From positions 147,300-211,299 of the forward strand of contig JAFATB010000018.1 in NCBI GenBank assembly GCA_019244185.1: a stretch of DNA of 64,000 nucleotides, written 5' to 3'. Made by a program: the position numbers and the translations under genes. The notes beneath the pieces are model-generated. The model did no database searches. It had not been told where the DNA came from and was given only the letters and a program-made list of their open reading frames with translations. The stretch is from Acidobacteriota bacterium. GTDB taxonomy: Bacteria; Acidobacteriota; Thermoanaerobaculia; Gp7-AA8. Below, piece by piece: positions 1 to 9,937 of this stretch; the stretch's first letter is position 1; the number at the start of each line of letters is the position of its first letter.

Positions 1-5
1 CGGGC

Positions 6-1337
6 GTGCGCATGACGTACGAGGCCACGATCCGGGTGCCGCGCGGCCTCATGGCCGTGATGAGCGCGGAGAATCCGACCGAGGCGAGCGCCGACGGCGT
101 CTATCACTTCAAGATGCCGCAGCCGATCCCGTCGTATCTCCTCGCGCTCGCGGTCGGCGACCTCGCGTTCCGCTCGCTCGGGCGCAACAGCGGCGTGTAC
201 GCGGAGAAGCCGATGATCGAGGCGAGCGCGTACGAGCTCGCGGACACGCAGAAGATGATCGACGCGGCCGAGCGCATCTACGGCCCGTACCGCTGGGGAC
301 AGTACGACGTGCTCGTGCTGCCGCCGAGCTTTCCGTTCGGCGGGATGGAGAATCCGCGCCTCACGTTCGCCACGCCGACGATCCTGGCGGGCGATCGGTC
401 GCTGGTGAGCCTTGTCGCGCACGAGCTCGCGCATTCGTGGTCGGGCAATCTCGTCACGAACGCGACGTGGAACGACTTCTGGCTCAACGAAGGCTTCACC
501 GTCTACTTCGAGCGCCGCATCATGGAAGAAGTCGCGGGCCGCGAATACTCGGAGATGCTCGCGCTCCTCGGCTATCAGGATCTCGAGGCCACCGTCGCCG
601 AGCTGCCGCCGCGCGACACGCATCTCTTCCTCGATCTCACCGGCCGCGATCCGGACGAAGCCGCGACGAAGCTGCCGTACGAGAAAGGCTATTCGCTGCT
701 GCGCCTCATCGAGGAGAGCGTCGGCCGCGAGGCGTTCGACAAGTTCCTGCGCGCCTACTTCGACCGGCATGCGTTCCAGTCGATGACCACGTCCGCGTTC
801 GTCGCGGAGCTGCGCGAGCAGCTGCTGTCGCAGTTTCCCGGCAGCGAGGACAAGATCGGCGTCGAGCAGTGGATCCATACGCCCGGCATTCCGGAGAACG
901 CGCCGCAGATCAAGTCGGACGCGTTCACGCGCGTCGAGGATCAGGTCGAGGCGTTCCAGCGCGGCACGCCCGCGGGCGAGCTCGCGACGAAGGGGTGGTC
1001 CACGCATGAATGGATTCACTTCCTGCGGCATTTGCCGAAGAACCTGACGCGCGAGCAGATGGCGCAGCTCGACGCCGCGTTCCACTTCACCGACAGCGGG
1101 AACTCCGAGGTGTTGCACGAATGGCTCATGGCGGCCATCGAGCATCGCTACGAGACCGCGTACGATGCGCTCGAGCGTTTCCTGCTGCGGCAGGGACGCC
1201 GCAAGTTCCTCAAGCCGCTGTACCAGAAACTCGCCGAAACGCCCGAAGGCCTCGAGCGCGCGGGGAAGATCTACGCGAAGGCGCGCCCGACGTACCACTC
1301 GGTGTCGTATCGGACGATCGATCAAATCGTGAAGTAG
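6..1337 (+). CDS. M1 family aminopeptidase (leukotriene A4 hydrolase-like), 5'-truncated at window edge
   Basis: GGMEN exopeptidase motif, HELAH-x18-E zinc motif (WLNEG), PYEKG, LTA4H-like C-terminus (GRRKFLKPLY). Confidence 0.93.
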   Translation: MRMTYEATIRVPRGLMAVMSAENPTEASADGVYHFKMPQPIPSYLLALAVGDLAFRSLGRNSGVYAEKPMIEASAYELADTQKMIDAAERIYGPYRWGQYDVLVLPPSFPFGGMENPRLTFATPTILAGDRSLVSLVAHELAHSWSGNLVTNATWNDFWLNEGFTVYFERRIMEEVAGREYSEMLALLGYQDLEATVAELPPRDTHLFLDLTGRDPDEAATKLPYEKGYSLLRLIEESVGREAFDKFLRAYFDRHAFQSMTTSAFVAELREQLLSQFPGSEDKIGVEQWIHTPGIPENAPQIKSDAFTRVEDQVEAFQRGTPAGELATKGWSTHEWIHFLRHLPKNLTREQMAQLDAAFHFTDSGNSEVLHEWLMAAIEHRYETAYDALERFLLRQGRRKFLKPLYQKLAETPEGLERAGKIYAKARPTYHSVSYRTIDQIVK

Positions 1338-1347
1338 GAGCGCGCGC

Positions 1348-3342
1348 ATGGAAACGACCGAGTCGAAGTCACTTCCCGAGAACGCGTACGTCCCGTTGCC
1401 CGCCGGCGTCGAATACGAGCCGATGGTGCCCTCGAGCGTCGCGCCGCCCGAGGCGACCGGCCGGTCGATCTTCTGGGGCGTGCTGCTGTGCTTCATCTTC
1501 TCCGCGGCGTCGGCGTACTCGGGACTGAAAGTCGGGCAGGTGATGGAGGCAGCGATTCCGATCGCGATCCTCGCCATCGGACTCGCGCGCGTGTACGCGC
1601 GGCGCTCGTCGGTGCTCGAGAACGTGATCATCACCAGCATCGGCGGCGCGGCCGGCGCGGTCGTCGCGGGCGCGATCTTCACGCTGCCGGCGCTCTACTC
1701 GCTGCAACTCCATCCGCATCCGGTGCAGACGATTTTCATCTGCGTCGCCGGCGGCTGCCTCGGCGTGATGTTCCTCATTCCGCTGCGGCGCTACTTCGTG
1801 CGCGAGATGCACGGCCTGCTGCCGTATCCGGAAGCGACCGCGATCACCGAGGTGCTCGTCACCGGCGAGAAAGGCGGCTCGCAGGCGAAGCTGCTCCTGC
1901 AGGCCACGGCGCTGGCCGGCATCTACGACTTCTTCGTCACCACGTTCCAGGTGTGGAAGGAGTTCCTCGACTTCCAGTTCATCCCGGTGATGCGCACGCT
2001 CGCGGAGCGCGCGCGCATCGTGGTCCGCTTCGACGCGATCGGCTTCATCCTCGGCCTCGGCTACGTGATGGGGCTGCGCTCGTCGATGATCCTCGTCGCG
2101 GGCGGCGTGGTCTCGAACTTCGTACTCGTGCCGCTGATCTACATGATCGGCCAGCACTTCCCGAACGCCGTCTATCCGGCCACGGTGCCGATCGCGCAGA
2201 TGGACGCGTCGCAGATCTTCCGCGGCTACGTGCGCTACATCGGCGTCGGCGCGATCGCGACCGCGGGCATCTTCGGCATCCTGAAATCGCTGCGCGTCAT
2301 CGCGGGATCGTTCGGCGTCGCCGCGCGCGCGTTCCGCGCGGGCGAGACGCACGGCGAACGCACCGATCGCGATCTGCCGGTGGTCACGATTCTCCTCGGC
2401 ATCGTGATCGGCGCGATCCTCGTCGCGGCGTTCTTCGGCACGCTGCGGCCGACGGCGGTCGTGCTCATCATCGGCCTGCTGCTCACGCTCGTCTTCTCGT
2501 TCTTCTTCACGTCCGTCGCCGCGAACGCGATCGCCACGACCGCGCGCAATCCGGTCTCGGGCATGACCATGCTGACGATCATCATCTCGTCGGTGGTGCT
2601 GCTGCAGTTCGGGCTCTCCGGCACGACGGGCATGTTCTTCGTGATGGCCATCGCGGGCATGGTGTGCACCGCGCTGTCGGTGTCGGGCCAGACCATCACC
2701 GATCTCAAGACCGGCTACTGGCTCGGTTCGACGCCGGCGACGCAGGAGAAGGTGAAGTTCCTCGGCGTCGTCGTGGCCGCGATCGCCTCGGGTCTCACGA
2801 TCGTCATGCTGGCCGGGATCTTCCAGTTCGGCGAGGCGGCGCCGGGCGACACGCGGCTGGTGCTGGCCGCGCCGCAAGCGTCGATCATGCAGGCGCTGGT
2901 GCAGGGCTTCATGAACCGGCAGCCGATCGCGTACATGCTCTTCGTCGCCGGCGCGTTCATCGCCGTGGCGATGGAGATGCTCGGCGCGCCGGCGCTGATC
3001 TTCGCGCTGGGCATGTACCTGCCGCTCGAGCTCAACACGCCGGCGCTCGTCGGCGGCTTCATCTCGCATCTCATCTCGCGGAAGTCGGAGCGCGTGGGCG
3101 GCGCGCGCGGACGCACGATGCGCGAGCGGGGCGTCGTGATCGCGTCGGGTCTCATGGCTGGCGGCGCGCTCGGCGGCGTGCTCGGCGCGTCGCTGCGGCT
3201 CATTCCGAGCTTCAAAGAGAGCTGGGTCACGACGCCGTTCTACGGCAATGACACGGTCTCGCAGATCGTCTCGCTCGTGCTGTTCGTCGCGTTGTGTCTC
3301 TACCTCTGGATCGACGCGACGCGCGTGCGGCAGGAAGTGTGA
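1348..3342 (+). CDS. OPT family oligopeptide transporter
   Basis: Polytopic membrane protein with YSGLKVG, YPEATA, NPVSGMT, DLKTGYWLG and APQA motifs typical of the OPT family. Confidence 0.92.
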   Translation: METTESKSLPENAYVPLPAGVEYEPMVPSSVAPPEATGRSIFWGVLLCFIFSAASAYSGLKVGQVMEAAIPIAILAIGLARVYARRSSVLENVIITSIGGAAGAVVAGAIFTLPALYSLQLHPHPVQTIFICVAGGCLGVMFLIPLRRYFVREMHGLLPYPEATAITEVLVTGEKGGSQAKLLLQATALAGIYDFFVTTFQVWKEFLDFQFIPVMRTLAERARIVVRFDAIGFILGLGYVMGLRSSMILVAGGVVSNFVLVPLIYMIGQHFPNAVYPATVPIAQMDASQIFRGYVRYIGVGAIATAGIFGILKSLRVIAGSFGVAARAFRAGETHGERTDRDLPVVTILLGIVIGAILVAAFFGTLRPTAVVLIIGLLLTLVFSFFFTSVAANAIATTARNPVSGMTMLTIIISSVVLLQFGLSGTTGMFFVMAIAGMVCTALSVSGQTITDLKTGYWLGSTPATQEKVKFLGVVVAAIASGLTIVMLAGIFQFGEAAPGDTRLVLAAPQASIMQALVQGFMNRQPIAYMLFVAGAFIAVAMEMLGAPALIFALGMYLPLELNTPALVGGFISHLISRKSERVGGARGRTMRERGVVIASGLMAGGALGGVLGASLRLIPSFKESWVTTPFYGNDTVSQIVSLVLFVALCLYLWIDATRVRQEV

Positions 3343-4082
3343 CGCGGCCACCATTCACCGCGCTGCACGCGCTGCTTTCGTTCGCGCTCGTCTTTCTCGC
3401 GCAGGTGGTGGCGGGCTTCGGAGTCGTGTTCGCCGCCGTGATCGTGAAGATGGCGTCGGGTGAGAACGTGTCGGAGTCCGGCGCGATGCGGCAGCTGACC
3501 GAGTCGCTCGGCATTCCGCTGCTGCTCGCGTCGGCGTGGATCTCCGCGGCGGTGCTGATCGTCGTGCTGCGCGCGTGGGCGTGGCCGCTCGTTCCCGATC
3601 GCACCGATGAAGGTCTCGGCCTCGTCGCACCGGCGCGGAACCAGATCCTCGCGCTCGCACTGATCGGCGTCGCGTGCGCCGGCACGTACCTCGCGCTCAT
3701 CAGTCTCGCGCATCTCAAACCCACCGGCCCGCTCGGTCCGATCGCGCGCGTGGCGCTGGAAAGCCGCGCGGGCCGCACCGCGTGGATCGTCGTCGCGCTC
3801 TGCTATGCGCCGGTCATCGAAGAGCTGCTCTTCCGCGGGCTGATGTGGCGCGGACTGCGCGCGAGCTGGGGCGTGATCCCCGCGGGCGCGATCGTGACGC
3901 TGCTCTTCTTCGCGCTGCACCTCGGCGAGACGATGCACTTCTGGCCGGCGATGATCGCCATCGCCACGCTGTCGGTCGCGACGCTGCTCGCGCGCGTCCG
4001 CACGGGAAGCGTCGTCGCGTCGATGGTGCTGCACGCCGCGTACAACGGCACGATCGCCGTCGCCGCGCTGCTTGCGGGTTAA
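3339..4082 (+). CDS. CPBP family intramembrane glutamic endopeptidase (CAAX/Abi)
   Basis: EELLFRG, FFALH and HAAYN motifs; GTG start overlapping the OPT stop (GTGA). Confidence 0.88.
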   Translation: MTRPPFTALHALLSFALVFLAQVVAGFGVVFAAVIVKMASGENVSESGAMRQLTESLGIPLLLASAWISAAVLIVVLRAWAWPLVPDRTDEGLGLVAPARNQILALALIGVACAGTYLALISLAHLKPTGPLGPIARVALESRAGRTAWIVVALCYAPVIEELLFRGLMWRGLRASWGVIPAGAIVTLLFFALHLGETMHFWPAMIAIATLSVATLLARVRTGSVVASMVLHAAYNGTIAVAALLAG

Positions 4083-4091
4083 GGCGCGGGG

Positions 4092-4577
4092 CTAAGGCTT
4101 CGGCTCAGGGTTCGTCAGGCGCTCGACGAGCGTCGTCAGCAGATCGAGCTGCTTCTGCTGCGTCTCGAGCAGCTGCGCCCATTCGTGCCGCAGCAGGTGA
4201 TCCCATTTCTCGTGCAGCGCCGAGATCTCGAGCTCCGCGCGGAGATTGACCTCGTAGTCGTGCGACGCGTCGAGCCGGTCCTTCGCCGCCTGCCGGTTCT
4301 GCGACATCATGATCACCGGCGCCTGCAGCGCGGCGATCATCGACAGCATCAGATTGAGCAGGATGTACGGGAAGGGATCGAACGCGCGCCTGGCCAGCAT
4401 CCACGAGTTGAGCGCGATCCACGCGACGAGCACGCATCCGAAGAGGATGATGAACGTCCACGAGCCGCCGAACGTGGCCACGCGGTCGGCGACGCGCTGG
4501 CCGAACGTCAGCCGCTCATCGAACTCACGGTTCGTATCGCGGGCGATCGGCGCGGGACGAGGGGACGCAAGGTGCAT
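4092..4577 (-). CDS. DUF1003 domain membrane protein
   Basis: ADRVATFGGSW, FDPFPYILLNL and QAPVIMMSQNRQ motifs; GAGGAGG RBS before ATG 4577. Confidence 0.9.
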   Translation of the reverse strand: MHLASPRPAPIARDTNREFDERLTFGQRVADRVATFGGSWTFIILFGCVLVAWIALNSWMLARRAFDPFPYILLNLMLSMIAALQAPVIMMSQNRQAAKDRLDASHDYEVNLRAELEISALHEKWDHLLRHEWAQLLETQQKQLDLLTTLVERLTNPEPKP

Positions 4578-4611
4578 GAAGGCCTCCTCGCGAAAGAGTA
4601 CCCGCAAGCCC

Positions 4612-4671
4612 GCCGCACGTGCGTACTGGCTATGCCCTCAGCGCTGCCGGCCGCGCCGGCCCGCCGGAGGC
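4612..4671. repeat. Dispersed intergenic element, copy A
   Basis: 53/60 identical to 16533-16605 by manual alignment; contains palindrome CGCACGTGCG and hairpin GCCGG-CCGCG-CCGGC. Confidence 0.75.
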
Positions 4672-4682
4672 CTCTCGTCGCG

Positions 4683-6065
4683 TTAGACCGCGTCGGTCAG
4701 ATCGACGCCGAGGCGCGACTTGAGGAAGATGCGCGCGGGGCGCGAGCTCTCGCGCAGCCAGTCCCACGACTTCTTGAGCTTTGGGTGTTCCTGGATGAAG
4801 AGCTCCGCGGCGCGTTTGCGCGCTTTGTTGCCGCCGAACATCCAGCGGATCTCTTTCTTGCGCACCTGCTCGAGGGTCTGGTCGAGCTCCGCGTAGAACT
4901 CCTCGTCGGCACGGAAGTACATGTTCTTGAGCCAGCAGAGACCGTCGGTCACGCACGGCTCCTTGAGCACGTCGAAGCGCGCGGGGGAGTACGCGATGCG
5001 GTTCTTCATCAGCATCACTTCGCGCATCTCGTCGCGCATCTTCGCGAACTCGGGACCGTTCCACTGCTCGGCGAAGGTCGGCTTGTCGTGCACGTTGCCG
5101 AGCGGCTTCACGCTCGGGTTGAGCAGCAGGCAGCACGGGCGGATGTCGCCGTTGCCGGTGATGGCCGCGGTGTACCAGGCGAAGAAGCAGCCGCCGTTCT
5201 CGTTCTTGAACGACGGCGCGATCGGATACGCGTTGTGCGCGGGCGTGTTCACGCGCGCGCGGACGGCGCTGAGCATCTCGTTCCAGCCGGCGATGGCGAA
5301 GTCGACCTGCAGCATGCCGATCTCGCGGTCGCGGCGGAGGATCTCCTCGACCAGCGGCTCGGCGGCGTAGCGGTCGTCCGGCGTCAGCAGCACCTGGCGA
5401 TCGATCCGGTCCATCGGGATCTCGAGCACGGCGTTGATGGCCACGCGGTCGGGACCGACGGAACGCGCGAGCTCGTACATGTCGACGAGGCGCGAGACGT
5501 TCTTCTGATCGATGAGGAACTGAATGACGATCGACGGATAGATCGAGTCGCCGCGCACCGCGACGAGGTTCTTCATGTTCTCGACGACCTTGTCGAAGAG
5601 CGCGGGCTTGACCTTCATCATGCGCGCGTAGTCTTCGGCGTCGGCGGCGTTGAGCGAGAAGATGACCTCGCGCGCCTGATTTTTCACGAGACGCTCGGCG
5701 ACCTCGTTCGTCAGCGCGACGCCGTTCGTGGTCAGGTTGTCGATGATCACGCCGCGCAGCGCGAGGTGATCCATGACGTTCAGGACGTCGCGGTGGAACA
5801 GCGGATCGCCGCCGCCGGAGAGACGCACCGACTTGAGGCCGGTCGACTGCAGCTCGTCGATGAGCTCCGTGAGCTTCGGCAGCGGAATCGATTCTTTCGT
5901 GCGGAGGTCCTGCTGGTTGCAGAAGTAGCAGGCCACGTTGCAGCGGTCGGTGAGGTCGAGCTCGGCGTGCACCGGTCCGCGCGTCGGACGATTCTCCGCA
6001 ATGGCCGCAATGATCTCGCGCTTGCGCTCCCGCGCGACCTCGGCCCATCCATGTGTTCCACGCAT
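4683..6065 (-). CDS. Radical SAM protein with SPASM/Twitch domain
   Basis: CNVACYFC (CxxxCxxC), SGGGDPL, TNG; C-terminal CFFAW-GNGDIRPCC and CxxxxxC. Confidence 0.9.
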   Translation of the reverse strand: MRGTHGWAEVARERKREIIAAIAENRPTRGPVHAELDLTDRCNVACYFCNQQDLRTKESIPLPKLTELIDELQSTGLKSVRLSGGGDPLFHRDVLNVMDHLALRGVIIDNLTTNGVALTNEVAERLVKNQAREVIFSLNAADAEDYARMMKVKPALFDKVVENMKNLVAVRGDSIYPSIVIQFLIDQKNVSRLVDMYELARSVGPDRVAINAVLEIPMDRIDRQVLLTPDDRYAAEPLVEEILRRDREIGMLQVDFAIAGWNEMLSAVRARVNTPAHNAYPIAPSFKNENGGCFFAWYTAAITGNGDIRPCCLLLNPSVKPLGNVHDKPTFAEQWNGPEFAKMRDEMREVMLMKNRIAYSPARFDVLKEPCVTDGLCWLKNMYFRADEEFYAELDQTLEQVRKKEIRWMFGGNKARKRAAELFIQEHPKLKKSWDWLRESSRPARIFLKSRLGVDLTDAV

Positions 6066-6113
6066 TCGAGTCCGTTTAATCCTTGCCGTTCGAAGGGTAT
6101 TCCTATTCCGCGC

Positions 6114-6491
6114 TTACGACACGAGTTGCGGCCGCGGCGCGTGTTCGAGCGAGGCCGGCAGCTTCTGCGCGCAGCAGGCCTTCTGCAGCGCGAGGCGGTC
6201 GCGCTGCATCTGCCGTTCGTTGGCGATCGCGGCCAGCGTCGCGTCGAGCACCGCCGCCGCATTCGCGTCCGCCGGCTTGTTGAGGCTGTAGTGAATCCAC
6301 TTCCCGTCGCGGCGCGCGCGTACGACGCCGGCGCGGCGGAGATACGCGAGGTGCCGCGAGATCTTCGGCTGCGTCTCGCCGAGGATCTCGACGAAATAGC
6401 AGACGCAGACCTCGCCGCATTGCAGGAGGTTCAGCAGCCGCAGCCGCGTCGGATCGGCCAGCGCCGAAAAGAGGATGACGAAGTCGCCCAC
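6114..6491 (-). CDS. ArsR/SmtB family transcriptional regulator
   Basis: ALADPTRLRLL, EVCVC, QPKISRHLAYLRRAG and RRDGKWIHYSL; C-terminal vicinal CC; GTG start. Confidence 0.9.
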   Translation of the reverse strand: MGDFVILFSALADPTRLRLLNLLQCGEVCVCYFVEILGETQPKISRHLAYLRRAGVVRARRDGKWIHYSLNKPADANAAAVLDATLAAIANERQMQRDRLALQKACCAQKLPASLEHAPRPQLVS

Positions 6492-6497
6492 GTGCGC

Positions 6498-6526
6498 AGT
6501 ATATACATGCGCGCGCGCGAATTTAT
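6498..6526 (-). promoter_or_regulatory. ArsR gene promoter (-10 TATACT) with overlapping 24-bp imperfect palindrome, probable autoregulatory operator
   Basis: ATACATGCGCGC/GCGCGAATTTAT, 10 of 12 symmetric (6503-6526); TATACT 6 nt before the GTG. Confidence 0.65.
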
Positions 6527-6535
6527 GCCGTCGCG

Positions 6536-7765
6536 CTACTCGTAGCGCAGCGCGTCGATCGGATCGAGCCGCGCCGCTTTGCGCGCGGGATAGAAGCCGA
6601 AGAAGATGCCGACCGTCGCGGCCACGCCGAACGAGAGCAGGATCGCGGTCGGGCTGACGACGATCGGCCAGTGCGCGATTTTGCCGATGCCGGTCGCGAC
6701 GCCGACGCCGACGAGCACGCCGATGAGGCCGCCGAGTACCGAGAGCGTCACGGCCTCGAAGAGGAACTGCAGCAGCACGTGGCGGCCGCGCGCGCCGATG
6801 GCCATGCGGATGCCGATCTCGCGCGTGCGCTCGGTGACGCTGACCAGCATGATGTTCATGATGCCGATGCCGCCGACGGCGAGCGAGACGATGGCGATGC
6901 CGAGGAGCAGGTTGCGCATCAGCTGCACCTGCTGCTGATTCGCCTGCGCGATCTCTTCCTGCGAGCGCAGCATGAAGTCGGCGTCGCCGCCGGGAGGAAT
7001 GCGGTGGCGCTGGCGGAGGATTGCGTCGATCTGATCGAGCGCCTCGCCGACCTGCTCGGCCGACGACGCCGACGCGATGATGCCGCCGAGCTTCTGCTGG
7101 CCCATCAGCCGCTTCATCGCGGTGGTGTAGGGGATCACGACGGTGTCGTCCTGATCGCTTCCCATCATGCTGCCGCCTTTTTTCTCGAGCACGCCGACGA
7201 CGCGGAACGGAACGTTCTTCACGCGCACGACGGAGCCGACGGCGTCGCCGTTCGGAAAGAGGTTGTCGGCGACGGTCTTGCCGAGGACGAGCACTTTCGC
7301 GCCGGAACGAACGTCGCCATCGGTGAAGAACGCGCCCTGCTCGACGTTCCACGAGCGAATGTTCGGCCAGTCGACGTCGACGCCCTGGATCTGCGTCGAC
7401 CAGTTGAGCTCACCCGCGACGAGTTGCGCGGCGGTGCGCAGGTTCGGCGAGATGTACGCGAGCGCCGAAGCCTCGCGACGCAGCGCCTGCACGTCTTCCT
7501 CGGTGAGCGTCGACTGGCCGGTGAAGATGCGCGCGCCGCTCTGCGTCGCGGCGCCGGGCATGATCATGATGAAGTTCGAGCCGAGGGAGTTGATCATCTC
7601 GGAGACCGACTGCGCGACGCCCGCGCCGATGGCAACCGAAACGATCACGCACGCGACGCCGATGACGACGCCGAGCGCGGTGAGCAGCGAGCGCATCTTG
7701 TTGCGCGCGATCGACTTCAAACCGACGATGGTGATGTTGCCGAGGCGAACGAACGAGTTGCGCAT
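6536..7765 (-). CDS. MacB/FtsX family ABC transporter permease
   Basis: RSLLTALGVVIGV and VGGIGIMNIMLVSVTERTREIGIRMAIGA; ends YPARKAARLDPIDALRYE. Confidence 0.93.
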   Translation of the reverse strand: MRNSFVRLGNITIVGLKSIARNKMRSLLTALGVVIGVACVIVSVAIGAGVAQSVSEMINSLGSNFIMIMPGAATQSGARIFTGQSTLTEEDVQALRREASALAYISPNLRTAAQLVAGELNWSTQIQGVDVDWPNIRSWNVEQGAFFTDGDVRSGAKVLVLGKTVADNLFPNGDAVGSVVRVKNVPFRVVGVLEKKGGSMMGSDQDDTVVIPYTTAMKRLMGQQKLGGIIASASSAEQVGEALDQIDAILRQRHRIPPGGDADFMLRSQEEIAQANQQQVQLMRNLLLGIAIVSLAVGGIGIMNIMLVSVTERTREIGIRMAIGARGRHVLLQFLFEAVTLSVLGGLIGVLVGVGVATGIGKIAHWPIVVSPTAILLSFGVAATVGIFFGFYPARKAARLDPIDALRYE

Positions 7766-7777
7766 GACGGTTCTCCG

Positions 7778-8527
7778 CTATCTCACTACAGGCGCGACCG
7801 GCGCCGCGATTCCCTGACGCTGCACGCGCAGCTGCTCGACGCGCTCGTCCTGCTGGATGAGACCGTCGCGCACGTGCACGATGCGCTTCGCGTACTGCGC
7901 GATGTCCGGCTCGTGCGTGATGAGCACGACCGTTTTGCCGCTGTCGTTGAGCTCCTGAAAGATGCCCATGATCTCGACGGACGTGCGCGAGTCGAGGTTG
8001 CCGGTCGGCTCGTCCGCGAGCAGGATGGCCGGATTCGTGACGAGCGCGCGGGCGATGGCGACGCGCTGCTGCTGTCCGCCGGAGAGCTGCGACGGATAGT
8101 TGCCCTCGCGGCCTTTGAGACCGACGCGGTAGAGCGCGTCGAGCGCGAGGTCGCGGCGCGAGCGGCGCGAGCCGGTGTTGTCGCTGTAGAGCATCGGCAG
8201 CTCGACGTTCTCGAGCGCGGACGTGCGGGCGAGCAGGTTGAAGCTCTGGAAGACGAAGCCGATCTTCGCATTGCGAATGATCGCGCGCTGGTCGCGGCTG
8301 AGCTCCGAGACATTCGCGCCGTCGAGCACGTACGTGCCGCTGGTCGGGCGATCGAGGCAGCCGATGATGTTCATCAGCGTCGACTTGCCCGAGCCCGACG
8401 GACCCATGATGGCGATGAACTCGCCCGCGTCGACGACGAGATTGACGCCGTCGAGCGCGCGGACCTCGACCTCGCCAAGACGATAGATCTTGACGAGGTC
8501 CTTGATCTCGATGACGTGGGACGCCAT
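7778..8527 (-). CDS. ABC transporter ATP-binding protein (MacB/LolD type)
   Basis: Walker A GPSGSGKS, signature LSGGQQQRV, Walker [13 protein letters not shown]. Confidence 0.95.
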   Translation of the reverse strand: MASHVIEIKDLVKIYRLGEVEVRALDGVNLVVDAGEFIAIMGPSGSGKSTLMNIIGCLDRPTSGTYVLDGANVSELSRDQRAIIRNAKIGFVFQSFNLLARTSALENVELPMLYSDNTGSRRSRRDLALDALYRVGLKGREGNYPSQLSGGQQQRVAIARALVTNPAILLADEPTGNLDSRTSVEIMGIFQELNDSGKTVVLITHEPDIAQYAKRIVHVRDGLIQQDERVEQLRVQRQGIAAPVAPVVR

Positions 8528-8532
8528 GACGG

Positions 8533-9795
8533 TCAACCTCTCCGGTTGCCGCCGCGTGGCGCGCCGCCGCCACCACCACCGCCGCCCATCGGCGGAGGTC
8601 CTTCGACCTTCGACGTGGCGAGACCGACGACGACCGCGTCGCCCTCATGCAACTCGCCGCTGAGGACCTGCGTGTAGCGGCCGTCGGTGATGCCGGTGCG
8701 GATCGACACCGGCTTGAGCTTCTTCTCCGGCGTCGTGTCGAGGATGTAGACGGTCTGCTGTTTGCCGCCGCCCGCCGCGGCGCGTCCGCCGGGGAACTGC
8801 CGCGCGGCGCCCGCGAGTCCGCCGCCGCCGGTCTGCGCGGCGCGGCGCATGGCGTCGCCGCCGTTGCCGCTTGGGCCGCCACCGGCGTTGCCCGCGGTTT
8901 CTGTCGACGGTTTGAAGCGCAGCGCGGCGTTCGGCACGCGCAGCACGTTCTCGACGGTGGCCACATCGATGGTGACGTTCGCGGTCATCTTCGGCAGCAG
9001 CCGCTCCTCGGGATTCGCGACCTCGATGATGACGGGATACGTGACGACGTTCTGGTTGATCTGCGCGTTGTAGCGGATCTGTGCGATGCGTCCGCGGAAC
9101 TCTTCTTCCGGATACGCGTCGACGGTGAAGCGCGCGACCTGGCCGACCTTGATGCGGCCGATGTCCGACTGATCGACGTCGGCCTGCAGCTGCATCTTGG
9201 TGAGGTCCTGCGCGATCTCGAAGAGCGTCGGCGCCTGGAACGATGCGGCGACGGTCTGGCCGATGTCGTACTTGCGGTCGACGACGACGCCGTCGATCGG
9301 CGAGACGATGCGCGTGTAGCGCACGTTCGTCTCCGCCTGGCGCAGCGCGGCGGCGGCCTGCGTCACCTGCGCGGCCGCGGCCTGGTACTGCGCGCGCGCG
9401 GAGTCGACGTCGGCCTGCGACGAGAGACCGGCGGACGAGAGGCGGCTGAGGCGGTCGTAGTTGATCTTCGCGTTGCTCGCCTCGACCTGCGCGCGCGTGA
9501 CGTCGGCGCGGCGTTGTTCGGCCTGTGCCTGCAGCGGCGCGGGATCGAGCTCGGCGATGAGCTGCCCGGTTTTCACGCGGCTCTTGAAGTCGGCGTGCAG
9601 CGCGGCGATGACGCCGGAGACCTGGCTGCCGACCTGCACGGTCGTGACGGCGGAGAGCGTGCCGGTCGCGGTCACGGTCATGGTGACGTTGCCGCGGTCC
9701 GCTTTCTCCGTTTTGTATTGTTCGTCTTTCTTGCCGCGTCCCTTGCAGTCGAGGAGCACGGCCACGAGAAGCAGTGTCGTCGTTGTACGTCGCAC
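8533..9795 (-). CDS. Efflux periplasmic adaptor subunit (MacA-like membrane fusion protein)
   Basis: VQVGSQVSG, SPIDGVV, GQTVAASFQAPTLF and FTVDAYP; GTG start inferred from the N-terminal hydrophobic segment. Confidence 0.9.
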   Translation of the reverse strand: MRRTTTTLLLVAVLLDCKGRGKKDEQYKTEKADRGNVTMTVTATGTLSAVTTVQVGSQVSGVIAALHADFKSRVKTGQLIAELDPAPLQAQAEQRRADVTRAQVEASNAKINYDRLSRLSSAGLSSQADVDSARAQYQAAAAQVTQAAAALRQAETNVRYTRIVSPIDGVVVDRKYDIGQTVAASFQAPTLFEIAQDLTKMQLQADVDQSDIGRIKVGQVARFTVDAYPEEEFRGRIAQIRYNAQINQNVVTYPVIIEVANPEERLLPKMTANVTIDVATVENVLRVPNAALRFKPSTETAGNAGGGPSGNGGDAMRRAAQTGGGGLAGAARQFPGGRAAAGGGKQQTVYILDTTPEKKLKPVSIRTGITDGRYTQVLSGELHEGDAVVVGLATSKVEGPPPMGGGGGGGGAPRGGNRRG

Positions 9796-9937
9796 GTTTT
9801 GCTGGACCCTTTCGCAGTAGAGCGGCGGGAAGTCTATCGCGTCGCACAGCTGCGACGGGTGACCGCGTGTTTCGGTTTTGCGAACGGCCGCGGAGCGCAT
9901 GCTATGCTTCCGCCCCCAGTCTGCGAGGTTCTCGAGC

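Noticed and set aside
4612-4671. Repeat element as a c-di-GMP-I riboswitch (contains GCCTCCGG and AGGGCA)
   Set aside because: The motif order is wrong and the GGCAAAC/GAAA/GCAAA core is absent
4682-4688. GTCTAAC at the radical SAM stop resembling an integron attC inverse core
   Set aside because: No matching GTTRRRY at a suitable distance and no integrase or cassette array
4683-9795. RiPP cluster (radical SAM/SPASM plus ABC exporter)
   Set aside because: No plausible precursor peptide ORF or RRE/PqqD domain is seen, and the intergenic gaps are too short
9840-9857. CGTCGCA-CAGC-TGCGACG hairpin in the MacA/bactofilin divergent gap
   Set aside because: A 7-bp GC-rich stem is expected by chance here and has no other support
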